A DNA stretch of 59,755 nucleotides, counting the filler. It is 9 parts of 9 records of this genome, joined end to end, with 100 filler letters (N's around TTAATTAATTAA, not from the genome) between each part and the next. Parts side by side here need not be neighbours in the genome. Positions count along the whole stretch, not along the records: positions 16,119 to 22,824 come from SRR31156797_35644; positions 22,925 to 28,273 come from SRR31156797_35662; positions 28,374 to 35,442 come from SRR31156797_35729; 6 more parts are not named here. One strand, written 5' to 3'. The notes under the pieces are model-generated. The model was not told the origin of the DNA. It saw only the letters and a program-made list of their open reading frames with translations, and did no database searches. A program made the translations under genes and the position numbers. Positions 20,558 to 30,627 of the stretch are shown piece after piece (position 1 is the stretch's first letter; the number at the start of each line of letters is the position of its first letter).

Positions 20558-21546
20558 CCGCGCATCCGTTGTCCGCGGCCGTAGAACAGCATCAGCACCA
20601 ACAGGGTCGCGCCGTATACCATCAAGCGGCCGGATTCGTCGATATTCACCGTCGTCAGAATACTTTGCAGGATGGTCAGCAGGACGGCCCCGGCCATGGT
20701 GCCGGTATAGCCGCCCTTGCCGCCGGAAAGCGGCGTGCCGCCGAAGACGACGGCGATGATCGAGGCGATCATGTATTGCTCGCCGACATTGGCGAACGAG
20801 GATCCCGAATAACCAAGCAGGCAGAAACCGGCCGTCGCCGCAAAGATGCCGGACAATGTGAACAGGGCGATGCGCATGCGTTTGACCGGCACACCGGCCA
20901 TGAAGGCAGCTTGCTCGTTCGATCCGATCGCATAGACGCGCTGGCCGAAAACGGTTCTGTGCAGCAGGAACGCCATCAACAGGCCGACGGCGATCCAAAG
21001 CCATATGATGCCGGGCGGTCCGAACAGGAACGGCTGGGTCACGAATTGCGACAGCGCCGGCGCGGCGCGGCCCGAAGGAATTCCCTGCCGGACGACGACC
21101 AGCAGACCCTGCAGAACGCCCAGCATGCCAAGCGTCATCACCAATGGCGGAATGCGCAGCAGGGTGACGCCGATGCCGTTGAACAGGCCGAACAGGGCGC
21201 CGGTCGCGACGCAGGCTATTATCGCCAACGGAATACCGGCATCGGTTCCGTTCATCACATTGCCGGCGACGATGGCGCTCAGCGACACCACACCGCCGAC
21301 CGAAAGGTCGATGCCTTCCCGGCCGCCGAGGATGACAAGGTTCTGCCCGGCGGCGACAAGGCCGAGCAGCGACGCGACAACCAGCAGCCGCATGATCTGT
21401 TCGCCCGAGGCAAAGCCCGGCGACAGTCCCTCGCCCAACAGCAGCAGAACGGCAATCAGGATAACCGCGACGACAAGGGGCTGTTTGATCATGGCGATCA
21501 TCGGGGCAGGCGTGCCGGTGGCTTGCGGGGCTGTTGTGTCGCTCAT
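20554..21546 (-). CDS. Sugar ABC transporter permease (RbsC/CUT2 type)
   Basis: Start MSDTTAPQ at 21546 (ATGA overlap); GIDLSVG, YAIGSNEQAA, IAVVFGGTPLSGGKG. Confidence 0.9.
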   Translation of the reverse strand: MSDTTAPQATGTPAPMIAMIKQPLVVAVILIAVLLLLGEGLSPGFASGEQIMRLLVVASLLGLVAAGQNLVILGGREGIDLSVGGVVSLSAIVAGNVMNGTDAGIPLAIIACVATGALFGLFNGIGVTLLRIPPLVMTLGMLGVLQGLLVVVRQGIPSGRAAPALSQFVTQPFLFGPPGIIWLWIAVGLLMAFLLHRTVFGQRVYAIGSNEQAAFMAGVPVKRMRIALFTLSGIFAATAGFCLLGYSGSSFANVGEQYMIASIIAVVFGGTPLSGGKGGYTGTMAGAVLLTILQSILTTVNIDESGRLMVYGATLLVLMLFYGRGQRMRG

Positions 21547-22529
21547 GCCCGTGCCCTTCGGCTGACCATGATGCCGATCATGAGTGCGAACAGGATCACC
21601 ATGCCCTGGACGAGATTTTGCCATTGCGACGGGGTGCCGACGAAATAGACCAGCGCGTTGATCAGACCGATGGTCAGCGCGCCCAGCACCGAACCGACGA
21701 CGGTGCCGAAGCCGCCCGACAGGGCGCATCCGCCAAGCACGACGGCGGCGATGGAATAAAGCGTCATCTTGCCGCCGACCAGCGGATCGCCGCTTGCCGT
21801 ATCCCCTGTCACGCAGAAGGCGGCCAATGCCGCGAAGACGCCGCACAGGGCATAGCCGCCAACTCGAATGGCGGTAACCGGCAGGCCGCTTTGATAGGCC
21901 GCCTGGGCGTCGTCGCCGACCGCCAGCAATCGCGTCACCAGCCGCGTGCGGACAAGCACATAGAGCAGGATCGCAAGGGCGATCGCGACATAAGCGACGA
22001 ACGGAATGTCGAAAAAACGGCCGCCATAGGTGCGCCAGAAAACCCGCGGCGCCGGCGTTCCGGCAACCGGCAGGACATAGAGCGCCAGGCCGGTAAAGAA
22101 GATGCTTGTCGCAAACGTGGCGACGATCGCCTGCAGGCGCAGAAACGCGACGACGACGCCGTTGACGAGGCCGCAGGCGAGTCCGACCAGCAGGCCGACG
22201 CCCATCGCGGCGATGACCGACATTCCGCTGCCGCCCCAGCTTTCCATCAACACGACGATCGTCACATTGACCAGCGACACGATGGACCCGATCGACAGGT
22301 CGATATCGGCGGCATAGACGACATAGGTCTGTCCCGCGGCCAGCATCATCAGGGCGAGGTAGGTGCTGACCAAGCCGCTCAGCCCGCGGATGCTCAGGCT
22401 ATTCGGCGAAAACACGCCGTTCAGGGCCAGAAGCACGACAAAAATGATCAACGCCGGCAGGAACGGAAAACTTTCGAAAAGCCGCTTCAGTCCGCCGTTG
22501 GCCGGTGTTTTGACGCCGTTGGTCATCAC
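21543..22529 (-). CDS. Sugar ABC transporter permease (RbsC/CUT2 type)
   Basis: DIDLSIGS, AVGDDAQAAYQSG, IAAVVLGGCALSGGFG. Confidence 0.9.
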   Translation of the reverse strand: MMTNGVKTPANGGLKRLFESFPFLPALIIFVVLLALNGVFSPNSLSIRGLSGLVSTYLALMMLAAGQTYVVYAADIDLSIGSIVSLVNVTIVVLMESWGGSGMSVIAAMGVGLLVGLACGLVNGVVVAFLRLQAIVATFATSIFFTGLALYVLPVAGTPAPRVFWRTYGGRFFDIPFVAYVAIALAILLYVLVRTRLVTRLLAVGDDAQAAYQSGLPVTAIRVGGYALCGVFAALAAFCVTGDTASGDPLVGGKMTLYSIAAVVLGGCALSGGFGTVVGSVLGALTIGLINALVYFVGTPSQWQNLVQGMVILFALMIGIMVSRRARA

Positions 22530-22824
22530 GCGGCCTCGTATGCGGCGTGGTAGAGATTGAATCGCGTCCGTTCTTCGCCGGTCAGCTCGCGTGTTACGGC
22601 GCCGCCGTGGAAGACGAGAATGCGGTCGGCATGGGAAAGAAGCTCGGCATCCTCCGACGAATAGAGCACGATCCCCATTCCCTCTTCGGCCAATTCGCGG
22701 ACCCGCGCGAACAGATCGGCCTTGGCCGACAGATCGACCCCCTTGGTCGGGTCGTCGAGCAGCAGGACATCCGGCCGGTCGACAAGCCAGCGCGCGATGA
22801 CGACCTTTTGCTGGTTGCCGCCCG
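22526..22824 (-). CDS. Sugar ABC transporter ATP-binding protein, C-terminal fragment
   Basis: Manual translation GGNQQKVVIARWL...LLLDDPTKGVDLSAK...YSSEDAELL...EAA*; not in the ORF track in this frame. Confidence 0.9.
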
Positions 22825-22925
22825 NNNNNNNNNNNNNNNNNNNNNNNNNNNNNNNNNNNNNNNNNNNNTTAATTAATTAANNNNNNNNNNNNNNNNNNNN
22901 NNNNNNNNNNNNNNNNNNNNNNNNA

Positions 22926-25355
22926 AAAATACTTTTAGAAGCAAATTTAAGAAATGCAAATAGTGAAAATGAATTTTTAGAAATAATCAAAATCTTTGAA
23001 AAGAAAGAAAGAAAAGAGATTAGTTTATATCCTTCAAGGGTCATAATGCAAGATTATACGGGAGTATCTGTACTTGTTGACCTAGCTTCAATAAGAGACT
23101 CTTTTAAAAACTTAGGAAAAGATGTTGAAGAAGTAAATCCTAAAATAATGGTTGATTTAGTTGTTGACCACTCTTTAGATATATATACAGATAAAGAAGA
23201 GTATAGCTTTGATAGTAATATAGAAAAAGAGTATGAATTAAATAAAGAGAAATATCAGTTTATAAAATGGGCACAAAATAATTTTGATAAGTTAAGGGTA
23301 GTTCCACCAGGGTCTGGTATATGTCATCAAGTAAACTTAGAATACCTATCTACTATTTTACACTTAAAAAGAATCGAAGATAAAAACTTTATATATCCAG
23401 AAACCTTAATAGGGACAGACTCCCATGCGCCTATGATTAACTCTTTAGGAGTATTAGGCTGGAAAGTAAATGAAACCCAAGCAAAAACATCAATACTTGG
23501 AATGCCTGTATCTTTAGTTTTACCACAAGTAGTAGGAGTAAATATACATGGTAAGTTAAAAGAAGGAGTTACCTCTTCTGATTTAGTATTAACATTAACA
23601 AGTAAACTTAAAGAGTATGATATAAAAGGAAAGCTTGTAGAGTTTCATGGTGAGGGATTAAAACATTTAACTTTAGAGGATAGATCTACTATAGCAAATA
23701 TGGCACCAGAGTATGAGGCTATTTGTTCATTTTTTACTATAGATGATAAAACAGTAGACTACTTTAATAAAACAAGGGATAATGAAGACTATGGTTATTT
23801 GTTAAAAGAGTACTTACAAAGACAAGAGCTTTTTTATAGTGATGAGGTATTAGAGTTTGATGAAATCATAGATTTTGACTTAGAAGAGTTAGAACCTGCA
23901 ATTGCAGGACCAAATAAAGCTCATTCACATATAAAAGTAGATGAACTAAAAGAACAGCAGATTAATAAAAGTGGGTCTTATTTAAAAGATTTAGATGTAG
24001 TTGTTGCTTCTATTACCTCTTGTACTACAACATCTAATCCATATCTAATATTACACGCAGCACTAGTAGCAAAAAAAGCTTATGAGTTTGGGCTACATAC
24101 AAAAGAGCATGTAAAGACATCTTTTTCTCCTGGGTCTTTAGCAATCAAAGAGTTTTTGAAAAAGCTAGATTTACTTAAATATTTAGAGCATCTAGGTTTT
24201 TATATTTCAGGTTATGCCTGTGAGAACTTTGGAAATTTAGAAGATAAATATGAGTTTGATATTAAAGATAATAAACTAGATGTATGCTCTTTAACTTCGG
24301 GAAATAAGAATTTTGAAAAGAGACTTCATCCTTTAATTAACTATAACTATCTATCATCACCTTCTTTAGTAGTTATTTACTCTATAGTTGGTTCTACAAA
24401 GTTTGATTTGTTTGAGGATGTAATAAGTACTATAGATGATAAAGATATATATCTTAAAGACTTGTGGCCTAGTTCTAAAGAAGTAGGGGATTACATGAGT
24501 GAGTTAGATTACACCTTATATAAAGATATATACAAAGACATCTTTAAAGGAAATGAATTTTGGCAAAGCTTAGAAGTAGAAGATAGTAAAAACTATAAAT
24601 GGAATGAAAACTCTACATATATACAAGGTTCTTTATTTTATGAAGAAAAAGAAGAGGATAGCTTAAATATACAAGGAGCTAGAATACTAGCAATGTTTGA
24701 TGATGAAATAAGTACTGAACAGAGTTCTCCTATGGGACAAATTCCTTTATACTCTACAGCCTCAAAGTATTTAGAACAAAAAGCAGTTAAATCTTTTGAA
24801 TATAATACCTTTGGAAGTAGAAAGGCAAATGCAGAGCTTATAACAAGAGGACTATTTGAACATCCAAAGCTAAAAAATAAAATGGTATCAAAAGAGGGTG
24901 CTTATACCTTTGATTATGAGAATAATGAAATTGTCTCTATCTATGAAAAGTCACAAAAGTTTAAAGAGATAAAAAAGCCACTTATTGTTATTGCAGGAGA
25001 AAACTTTGGTAAGGGTGAGCAAAAAGAGTGGGCTACTAAAGGAATGAATCTTCTTGGCGTAAAAGCAGTTATTACAAAATCTTTTGATGAGAAGTATAGA
25101 AAGGATTTAATCTCTTATGGAGTATTACCTTTAGAGTTTATAGATGATGATATTGAATCTTTAAAACTAAAAGGTGATGAGAACTTCTCTTTTGAAATGG
25201 ATACTTTAAAAGTAGAGGGAAAACTAAAAGCTTATATAAATAGAGGATTTGATGAGGTACAAATTACTTTAAAAATAAAAATTGATACTAGTTTAGAGTT
25301 GAAGTATTACAAAAATGGAGGAGTTTTTCCATTTTTGTTTAATAGTTTTAGATAG
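22926..25355 (+). CDS. AcnA/IRP-family aconitase-like protein with degenerate active site (5' truncated)
   Basis: KILLEANLRN, RVIMQDYTG, VDHS, GSGICHQVNLEYL, GTDSH, ITSCTTTSNP and YYKNGG retained; several catalytic motifs altered (see findings). Confidence 0.85.
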   Translation, partial: KILLEANLRNANSENEFLEIIKIFEKKERKEISLYPSRVIMQDYTGVSVLVDLASIRDSFKNLGKDVEEVNPKIMVDLVVDHSLDIYTDKEEYSFDSNIEKEYELNKEKYQFIKWAQNNFDKLRVVPPGSGICHQVNLEYLSTILHLKRIEDKNFIYPETLIGTDSHAPMINSLGVLGWKVNETQAKTSILGMPVSLVLPQVVGVNIHGKLKEGVTSSDLVLTLTSKLKEYDIKGKLVEFHGEGLKHLTLEDRSTIANMAPEYEAICSFFTIDDKTVDYFNKTRDNEDYGYLLKEYLQRQELFYSDEVLEFDEIIDFDLEELEPAIAGPNKAHSHIKVDELKEQQINKSGSYLKDLDVVVASITSCTTTSNPYLILHAALVAKKAYEFGLHTKEHVKTSFSPGSLAIKEFLKKLDLLKYLEHLGFYISGYACENFGNLEDKYEFDIKDNKLDVCSLTSGNKNFEKRLHPLINYNYLSSPSLVVIYSIVGSTKFDLFEDVISTIDDKDIYLKDLWPSSKEVGDYMSELDYTLYKDIYKDIFKGNEFWQSLEVEDSKNYKWNENSTYIQGSLFYEEKEEDSLNIQGARILAMFDDEISTEQSSPMGQIPLYSTASKYLEQKAVKSFEYNTFGSRKANAELITRGLFEHPKLKNKMVSKEGAYTFDYENNEIVSIYEKSQKFKEIKKPLIVIAGENFGKGEQKEWATKGMNLLGVKAVITKSFDEKYRKDLISYGVLPLEFIDDDIESLKLKGDENFSFEMDTLKVEGKLKAYINRGFDEVQITLKIKIDTSLELKYYKNGGVFPFLFNSFR

Positions 25356-26082
25356 TTTTATAAACCATAGATATAAAAATCACAATATATAAAAGTAGAA
25401 TATACTTTTTATATGATGTTGATTTTATACTATTTTTTAGTTTTATTCCAAAATAAACACCAATAAGTGAAGCTATACCAACAGTTGCACCTTCTTGAAA
25501 TAGCATTTGATTATTTACTGTTAGTGATGTAAATCCTGCAACTGATGAGAAGATAACAAAAAATAATCCCAATGATGTAGCTTTTTTTAAATCATAGTTT
25601 AAAAATCTTACAAGTAGGGGAGTTAAAAGAATTGAACCACCAACACCTATACTCATAGCAATAGCTCCAATTAAGGCTCCAATAATAAATAAAAAGAATT
25701 TGTTACTGCTTTTCTTTTCTTCTTCATTGATTTCAGCAGGAGACTTAAAAATTGAGATTATAGCGTAAAGTAAAATAGCTATAAAAACATATTGTAAAGT
25801 TTCATTTGAAAAGTTAGTTATTATAAAACCACTTTGTAAACCTCCAAAAAAGCCTCCAATACCGATGATTAAACCATCTTTTAAAACATTTTTAGCTTTT
25901 TTAGAGTTTAGAAATGAACCATAAATTGAAGAGAAAACCATTTGCATAATAGAAATAGCAACAGCTTCTTTCATAATAAAACCAGCAAATAGAAGCATAG
26001 GAACAAGAACCATTCCGCCACCAACACCGAAAAATCCTGAGATAAATCCTGTCATGGCTCCAAATGCTAAAAGTTCATACAT
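25348..26082 (-). CDS. Sulfite exporter TauE/SafE family protein
   Basis: Duplicated GFFGVGGG..VP / SIGVGGS..TP motifs, hydrophobic. Confidence 0.88.
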   Translation of the reverse strand: MYELLAFGAMTGFISGFFGVGGGMVLVPMLLFAGFIMKEAVAISIMQMVFSSIYGSFLNSKKAKNVLKDGLIIGIGGFFGGLQSGFIITNFSNETLQYVFIAILLYAIISIFKSPAEINEEEKKSSNKFFLFIIGALIGAIAMSIGVGGSILLTPLLVRFLNYDLKKATSLGLFFVIFSSVAGFTSLTVNNQMLFQEGATVGIASLIGVYFGIKLKNSIKSTSYKKYILLLYIVIFISMVYKTI

Positions 26083-26085
26083 TTT

Positions 26086-26868
26086 TTACTTCTTTATTGA
26101 GTTCATTGCGTTAATAAATCTATTATAATCTTCTTCTAGTTTTTTATCTTTATCACTTACATCAATCCCATCTTCTTCTTTTAGAGCTTCTTCTAAAATA
26201 TGAATTCTTTCAATAAGATATTTAAACATTTCTTTATTGATATCTGGTAAATCATCATGGGCAAGCTTGCAATTCTTTTTATCTTTTTTGATAATCTTAG
26301 CTGGAACTCCAACTGCTGTAGAGTTTTTAGGAACATCGCAAACTACAACTGAGTTTGCACCAACTTTAGAGTTTTTATCAATGATGATATTTCCTAATAC
26401 TTTAGCTCCACTTCCAATAACTGCATTAGCCCTAATAGTAGGGTGACGTTTTCCTTTATCAAGACTAACTCCACCTAATGTTACACCTTGATAAATAAGA
26501 ACATCCTCTTCTATAACAGTAGTAGCACCAATAACAACCCCAATAGCATGGTCAATAAATACTCTTCTTCCAATAGTAGCAGCTGGGTGAATATCTGTCT
26601 TAGTTAGAAGAGAACCTAATCCAACTAAAGCTCTAGCTGTTTTTGTCCAACCTTTATTATAAAGTCTATTTGCAATTCTATGATTAACTATAGCCCAAAC
26701 TCCAGGGTAGTTGAAAAATAGTTCAAAGCTAGAGTTTAAAGCAGGGTCATTTTGTTTAGGAACAGAAAAATCTTCTTTGATTTGCTTCCATAAAGATATT
26801 TTCTTTTGTTCATTTAAAATATGTGTTTTTATTTTTTCATGTATATTTTGTTCATTTTTTTCAGTCAT
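26086..26868 (-). CDS. cysE: Serine O-acetyltransferase
   Basis: DPA, YPG, DIHPAATIGRRVFIDH, QGVTLGG, KRHPTI, VGVPAK. Confidence 0.95.
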   Translation of the reverse strand: MTEKNEQNIHEKIKTHILNEQKKISLWKQIKEDFSVPKQNDPALNSSFELFFNYPGVWAIVNHRIANRLYNKGWTKTARALVGLGSLLTKTDIHPAATIGRRVFIDHAIGVVIGATTVIEEDVLIYQGVTLGGVSLDKGKRHPTIRANAVIGSGAKVLGNIIIDKNSKVGANSVVVCDVPKNSTAVGVPAKIIKKDKKNCKLAHDDLPDINKEMFKYLIERIHILEEALKEEDGIDVSDKDKKLEEDYNRFINAMNSIKK

Positions 26869-28273
26869 TATAACTCCATGCAGTTTTTAGATAGCTATTT
26901 TCATGTAAATATTTTTCTAAAATTTTATAAGTATTTTTATCTAAATTCTTTTCTAAAATATTCTTGATATCATTAGTGTCATAATCAATATCTTCTAAAA
27001 TATCAATAATCTTTTGTGATTCAATAATCTTTTCTAGTTTTAATTCGTTGTTTTGAAAAACAACATTTACTTCAGTTGGATGAGAGAATAGGTTATGTCT
27101 CATTCCTAATGTATCTTGATAAGCACCAACATTAAAAAATGCAAGGTAATACTCTTCTTTTTCTAAATTAACATTATGTAAATATAAAGGTTTGTTTGCA
27201 TTAAACTCTATTTCTCCATCACTATCACAAGTAATATCCCATAAAGAAGCACTTCTTGTAGGCTTTTTATCTAAATGAGTAATTGGCATAATAGGAAATT
27301 CTTGGTCTATTCCCCAAAAATCAGGAAGTGATTGGAAAATAGAGAAGTTTAATAGATATTTTTCTTGAATTTTATTATCAATTCTTTTTAACTCTTCATA
27401 ATCCTCAACTTCTAGTAAGCAAATAGATTTTTTAATAATTAGTTGTGCTAGTATTTCTGCATTACTTCTATCTTGTAAATCAATATACCCTAAATCAAAA
27501 AGTTTTAATAAAGACTCTAAATGATCCATACTATCGTGCATATACTCTAAAGCAGTTCTTCTATTTATATCTTCATATAGTGCGTTTAATTCTTCAATTA
27601 AAGGAGGGTTAACTTCTTTTAATCTTAAGTTGTTTTCTTCATACTCTGCTGAGAATAGTTCTAAAACAGGTGTTATTAAAACCGTACTATTTGCAGAAAT
27701 AAATCTTCCTGATTCTGTGAAAATATTTGGTTCTTCTACACCTTTTTGTTTAGCAATATTTTTAAGTGTAAAGATAACATCATTTGCAAACTCTTGTAAA
27801 TGATACTCTGTTGTTCTATGGTATTGAGAATATTCAACAGCTAAACCACCACCAATATTAATAGCACTTAGGTTTTTAGCACCCATGTTTTTAAGTTCAG
27901 CATATATATGACCTGACTCTTTTAAAGCTTTTTTTAGTGGCTTAATAGTTGTCATTGCAGAACCAATATGGAAATGAATCATTGTTAAACAATGAAGTAA
28001 GTTATTTGCTTTTAGTAGTTCATATGCTTCTAAAATCTCTGTAGAACTAAGCCCAAACTTTGAGTCAATTCCTCCTGATTTTGCCCATGCTCCGTCACCA
28101 CTATTAAATAGCCTAACTCTAATTCCTACATTTGGTGTTGGTAAAGATGTCTCTTTTTCTACTTCTAACATCATTTCAAGTTCAGTTAAACCTTCAATGA
28201 TAATAGTGATATTATGACCCATTTTTTTAGCAATAAACGCAATATGAATCATCTCTTTATCTTTAAATCCATT
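26861..28273 (-). CDS. speA: Biosynthetic arginine decarboxylase (5' truncated)
   Basis: NGFKD, SGG..SKFGL, HFHIGS, GGGLAVEY, ESGR, NFSIFQSLPDFW, DITCDSDG, GAYQ. Confidence 0.93.
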   Translation of the reverse strand, partial: NGFKDKEMIHIAFIAKKMGHNITIIIEGLTELEMMLEVEKETSLPTPNVGIRVRLFNSGDGAWAKSGGIDSKFGLSSTEILEAYELLKANNLLHCLTMIHFHIGSAMTTIKPLKKALKESGHIYAELKNMGAKNLSAINIGGGLAVEYSQYHRTTEYHLQEFANDVIFTLKNIAKQKGVEEPNIFTESGRFISANSTVLITPVLELFSAEYEENNLRLKEVNPPLIEELNALYEDINRRTALEYMHDSMDHLESLLKLFDLGYIDLQDRSNAEILAQLIIKKSICLLEVEDYEELKRIDNKIQEKYLLNFSIFQSLPDFWGIDQEFPIMPITHLDKKPTRSASLWDITCDSDGEIEFNANKPLYLHNVNLEKEEYYLAFFNVGAYQDTLGMRHNLFSHPTEVNVVFQNNELKLEKIIESQKIIDILEDIDYDTNDIKNILEKNLDKNTYKILEKYLHENSYLKTAWSYND

Positions 28274-28374
28274 NNNNNNNNNNNNNNNNNNNNNNNNNNN
28301 NNNNNNNNNNNNNNNNNTTAATTAATTAANNNNNNNNNNNNNNNNNNNNNNNNNNNNNNNNNNNNNNNNNNNNT

Positions 28375-28818
28375 ATTTTCCATTCAATGGCAAAAATTGA
28401 GAATAATACATTATTATTTTTCTTTGGTATCTTAGCAGCAGTTGGAGCATTATACTTTATTGGATGGTTAGCATTAGCTTCTCATGTATATTCTCCAGAG
28501 GCTTTAGGGCCAACAGTATCCAATATCGGAGTAGGTTTCTTATCTGCAATTGTAGATAATGTTCCAGTTATGTCAGCAGTTTTAAAAGCAAGTCCAGAAA
28601 TGGTACATGCTCAATGGATGCTTGTAACACTTACAGCAGGGGTTGGGGGATCATTGATCTCTTTTGGATCTGCCGCTGGTGTTGGAGTAATGGGTAAATT
28701 ACCAGGTATCTACACATTTGGTGCACATATGAAATATGCATGGACTATTTTGATAGGATATATTATTTCAATTGCAGTATGGTACGTACAGTTTGAGATG
28801 TTTGGAATTGGTGCGTAA
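28375..28818 (+). CDS. nhaD: NhaD-type Na+/H+ antiporter, C-terminal fragment
   Basis: TLLFFFGILAAV, LSAIVDNVPV, TAGVGGSLISFGSAAGVGVMG. Confidence 0.8.
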   Translation: MFHSMAKIENNTLLFFFGILAAVGALYFIGWLALASHVYSPEALGPTVSNIGVGFLSAIVDNVPVMSAVLKASPEMVHAQWMLVTLTAGVGGSLISFGSAAGVGVMGKLPGIYTFGAHMKYAWTILIGYIISIAVWYVQFEMFGIGA

Positions 28819-28844
28819 TATTCAAAATTAAAACTTTATAATCT

Positions 28845-28875
28845 AAAAAAGGGCTGCGTTTGTAGCCCTTTTTTT
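28845..28875 (+). terminator. Intrinsic terminator
   Basis: AAAAAAGGGCTGC-GTTT-GTAGCCCTTTTTTT. Confidence 0.8.
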
Positions 28876-28952
28876 ATTTTCTACTAATACTTTAGTTATA
28901 CTTTTTTGGTATGATAGAGATTAGGTTAGAGTAGATTGGAGTAGAAGAACAA

Positions 28953-29588
28953 ATGGTCAATATATTATTATTAGAAGATGATGAGATCTTATCGCAAAGT
29001 TTAAAATACCTTTTAAGTAATGAAGGGTTTACTATCACTTGTGTAAAAAATGGAGAAGATGCACTCACTCTTACTTATGATAATAGCTTTGATCTTTATC
29101 TTTTAGATGTGAATGTTCCACTACTAAATGGGTTTGATTTTTTACAGCAGATGCGAGAGAGTGGGGATATGACACCAGCTTTTTTTATCACTGCTTTAGT
29201 TGATATTCAATCTATCTCTAAAGGGTTTGATGTGGGGGCTGATGATTATATTAAAAAGCCTTTTGAACCAGATGAGCTATTGATACGTATTAATGCATTA
29301 CTTAAAAAAACAATATCAAAACTCAAATATGATCACCTCTCTTATGATATGCACAATGGAACATTGTATAAAGATGAAAAAATAGTAGATCTTGCATATA
29401 TTGAACATCAAGTTTTTGATCTATTGATTAAAAATATTGGTAAAATTGTTACAAAAGAGCAATTTTTTGAGGTGATGGATAAATCATCAGACGCTGGACT
29501 TAGGGTTCATATCAATAGATTAAAAAAGCTATTGGATCTTAAAGTCACAAATATAAGAGGTATTGGATATAGACTTGAAACAGTATGA
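28953..29588 (+). CDS. OmpR-family response regulator
   Basis: LLLEDD, LLDVNVP, GADDYIKKPF, NIRGIGYRL. Confidence 0.93.
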   Translation: MVNILLLEDDEILSQSLKYLLSNEGFTITCVKNGEDALTLTYDNSFDLYLLDVNVPLLNGFDFLQQMRESGDMTPAFFITALVDIQSISKGFDVGADDYIKKPFEPDELLIRINALLKKTISKLKYDHLSYDMHNGTLYKDEKIVDLAYIEHQVFDLLIKNIGKIVTKEQFFEVMDKSSDAGLRVHINRLKKLLDLKVTNIRGIGYRLETV

Positions 29589-30627
29589 AAAAGAATCTTT
29601 TATTAAAAGCTTTTTGATCTTTTTTATCTCTTTGGAGGTATTAAATATCATTATTTTTACTTTTTATTATAAAGAGCAAAAAATAGTATTGTTAAATTCT
29701 GTGTTTTCAAGTTTAAAAGAGTATAACTATAAGTTTGATAATAAAAATATCACTATGGATATTGTAAAGATAACACCACAAGAGAATAAAGAGAAATATA
29801 AACTTTACACGGATGAAAAGGAGATATATGCTTTTTTTGATCTTTTAGATTCAAAAGATAATCTTCTAAAGCTAAGTTATGATTTTAATATGTTTCAAGA
29901 GCAGTTAAATGATAGGCTTTATAAAATAGTCGTTTTATGTATTATTGTAAGTTTTATTTTACTGGTATATTCATTTTTATACTCTTTATATGCATTAAAG
30001 CCCTATAAAAATGCTATTGAGATATTAGAGAGGTTTTTTAAAGATATTGTACATGATCTTAATACACCAATTAGTTCTATTTTTATAAATACCTCGATCT
30101 TAAAAAAGAGCTATAATCTAGAAGCAATTGAGAGAATAGAATATAGTAGTAAAACGATCTCTAATCTTTATAAAAATCTTGAACATTATCTTTCAAGTAG
30201 TGAATTTAATAAAGATAGTTTAGATCTTTTACCTATAGTAAAACAAAGAGTTGAATATTTTCAAAAGCTTTTCCCTGAGATAAGTTTTGTAATACCTAAG
30301 AAGAGTTTTATTGTAGATACAAGTGAAATAGGGATAATAAGAATATTAGATAATATAATTTCAAATGCTTGTAAGTACAATAAACAAAATGGCTCTATCA
30401 CAATAGAATTTACTGAAAATAGCGTGAGTATAATAGATAGTGGGATTGGAATGAAAGAACCAAGTAAAGCATTTGATAGGTTTTATAAAGAGAGTGATAG
30501 GGGAATGGGAATAGGACTAAATATAGTGAAAAAATTATCATATGAATTAGATATTGATGTATCCTTACAAAGTATATTAAATGAAGGTACTAAAGTATCA
30601 TTGTTTTTTAAAGGTAAGAAATTATGA
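29563..30627 (+). CDS. Sensor histidine kinase
   Basis: Two TMs; H-box VHDLNTP, NIISNACKY, DSGIG, FDRFY, GMGIGL. Confidence 0.93.
   Translation: MDIDLKQYEKESFIKSFLIFFISLEVLNIIIFTFYYKEQKIVLLNSVFSSLKEYNYKFDNKNITMDIVKITPQENKEKYKLYTDEKEIYAFFDLLDSKDNLLKLSYDFNMFQEQLNDRLYKIVVLCIIVSFILLVYSFLYSLYALKPYKNAIEILERFFKDIVHDLNTPISSIFINTSILKKSYNLEAIERIEYSSKTISNLYKNLEHYLSSSEFNKDSLDLLPIVKQRVEYFQKLFPEISFVIPKKSFIVDTSEIGIIRILDNIISNACKYNKQNGSITIEFTENSVSIIDSGIGMKEPSKAFDRFYKESDRGMGIGLNIVKKLSYELDIDVSLQSILNEGTKVSLFFKGKKL

Noticed and set aside
19541-21846. Long N-terminal extensions on LacI (to 21004) and the permease (to 21846)
   Set aside because: ATGA stop/start overlaps at 20554-20557 and 21543-21546 give the real starts; the extensions are off-frame reads of upstream genes.
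14812-22876. Numerous long overlapping or antisense ORFs (e.g. 14812-15579, 16688-17680, 17275-18144, 20569-21648, 21534-22553)
   Set aside because: Shadow frames of real genes, mostly in GC-rich DNA, with no family motifs.
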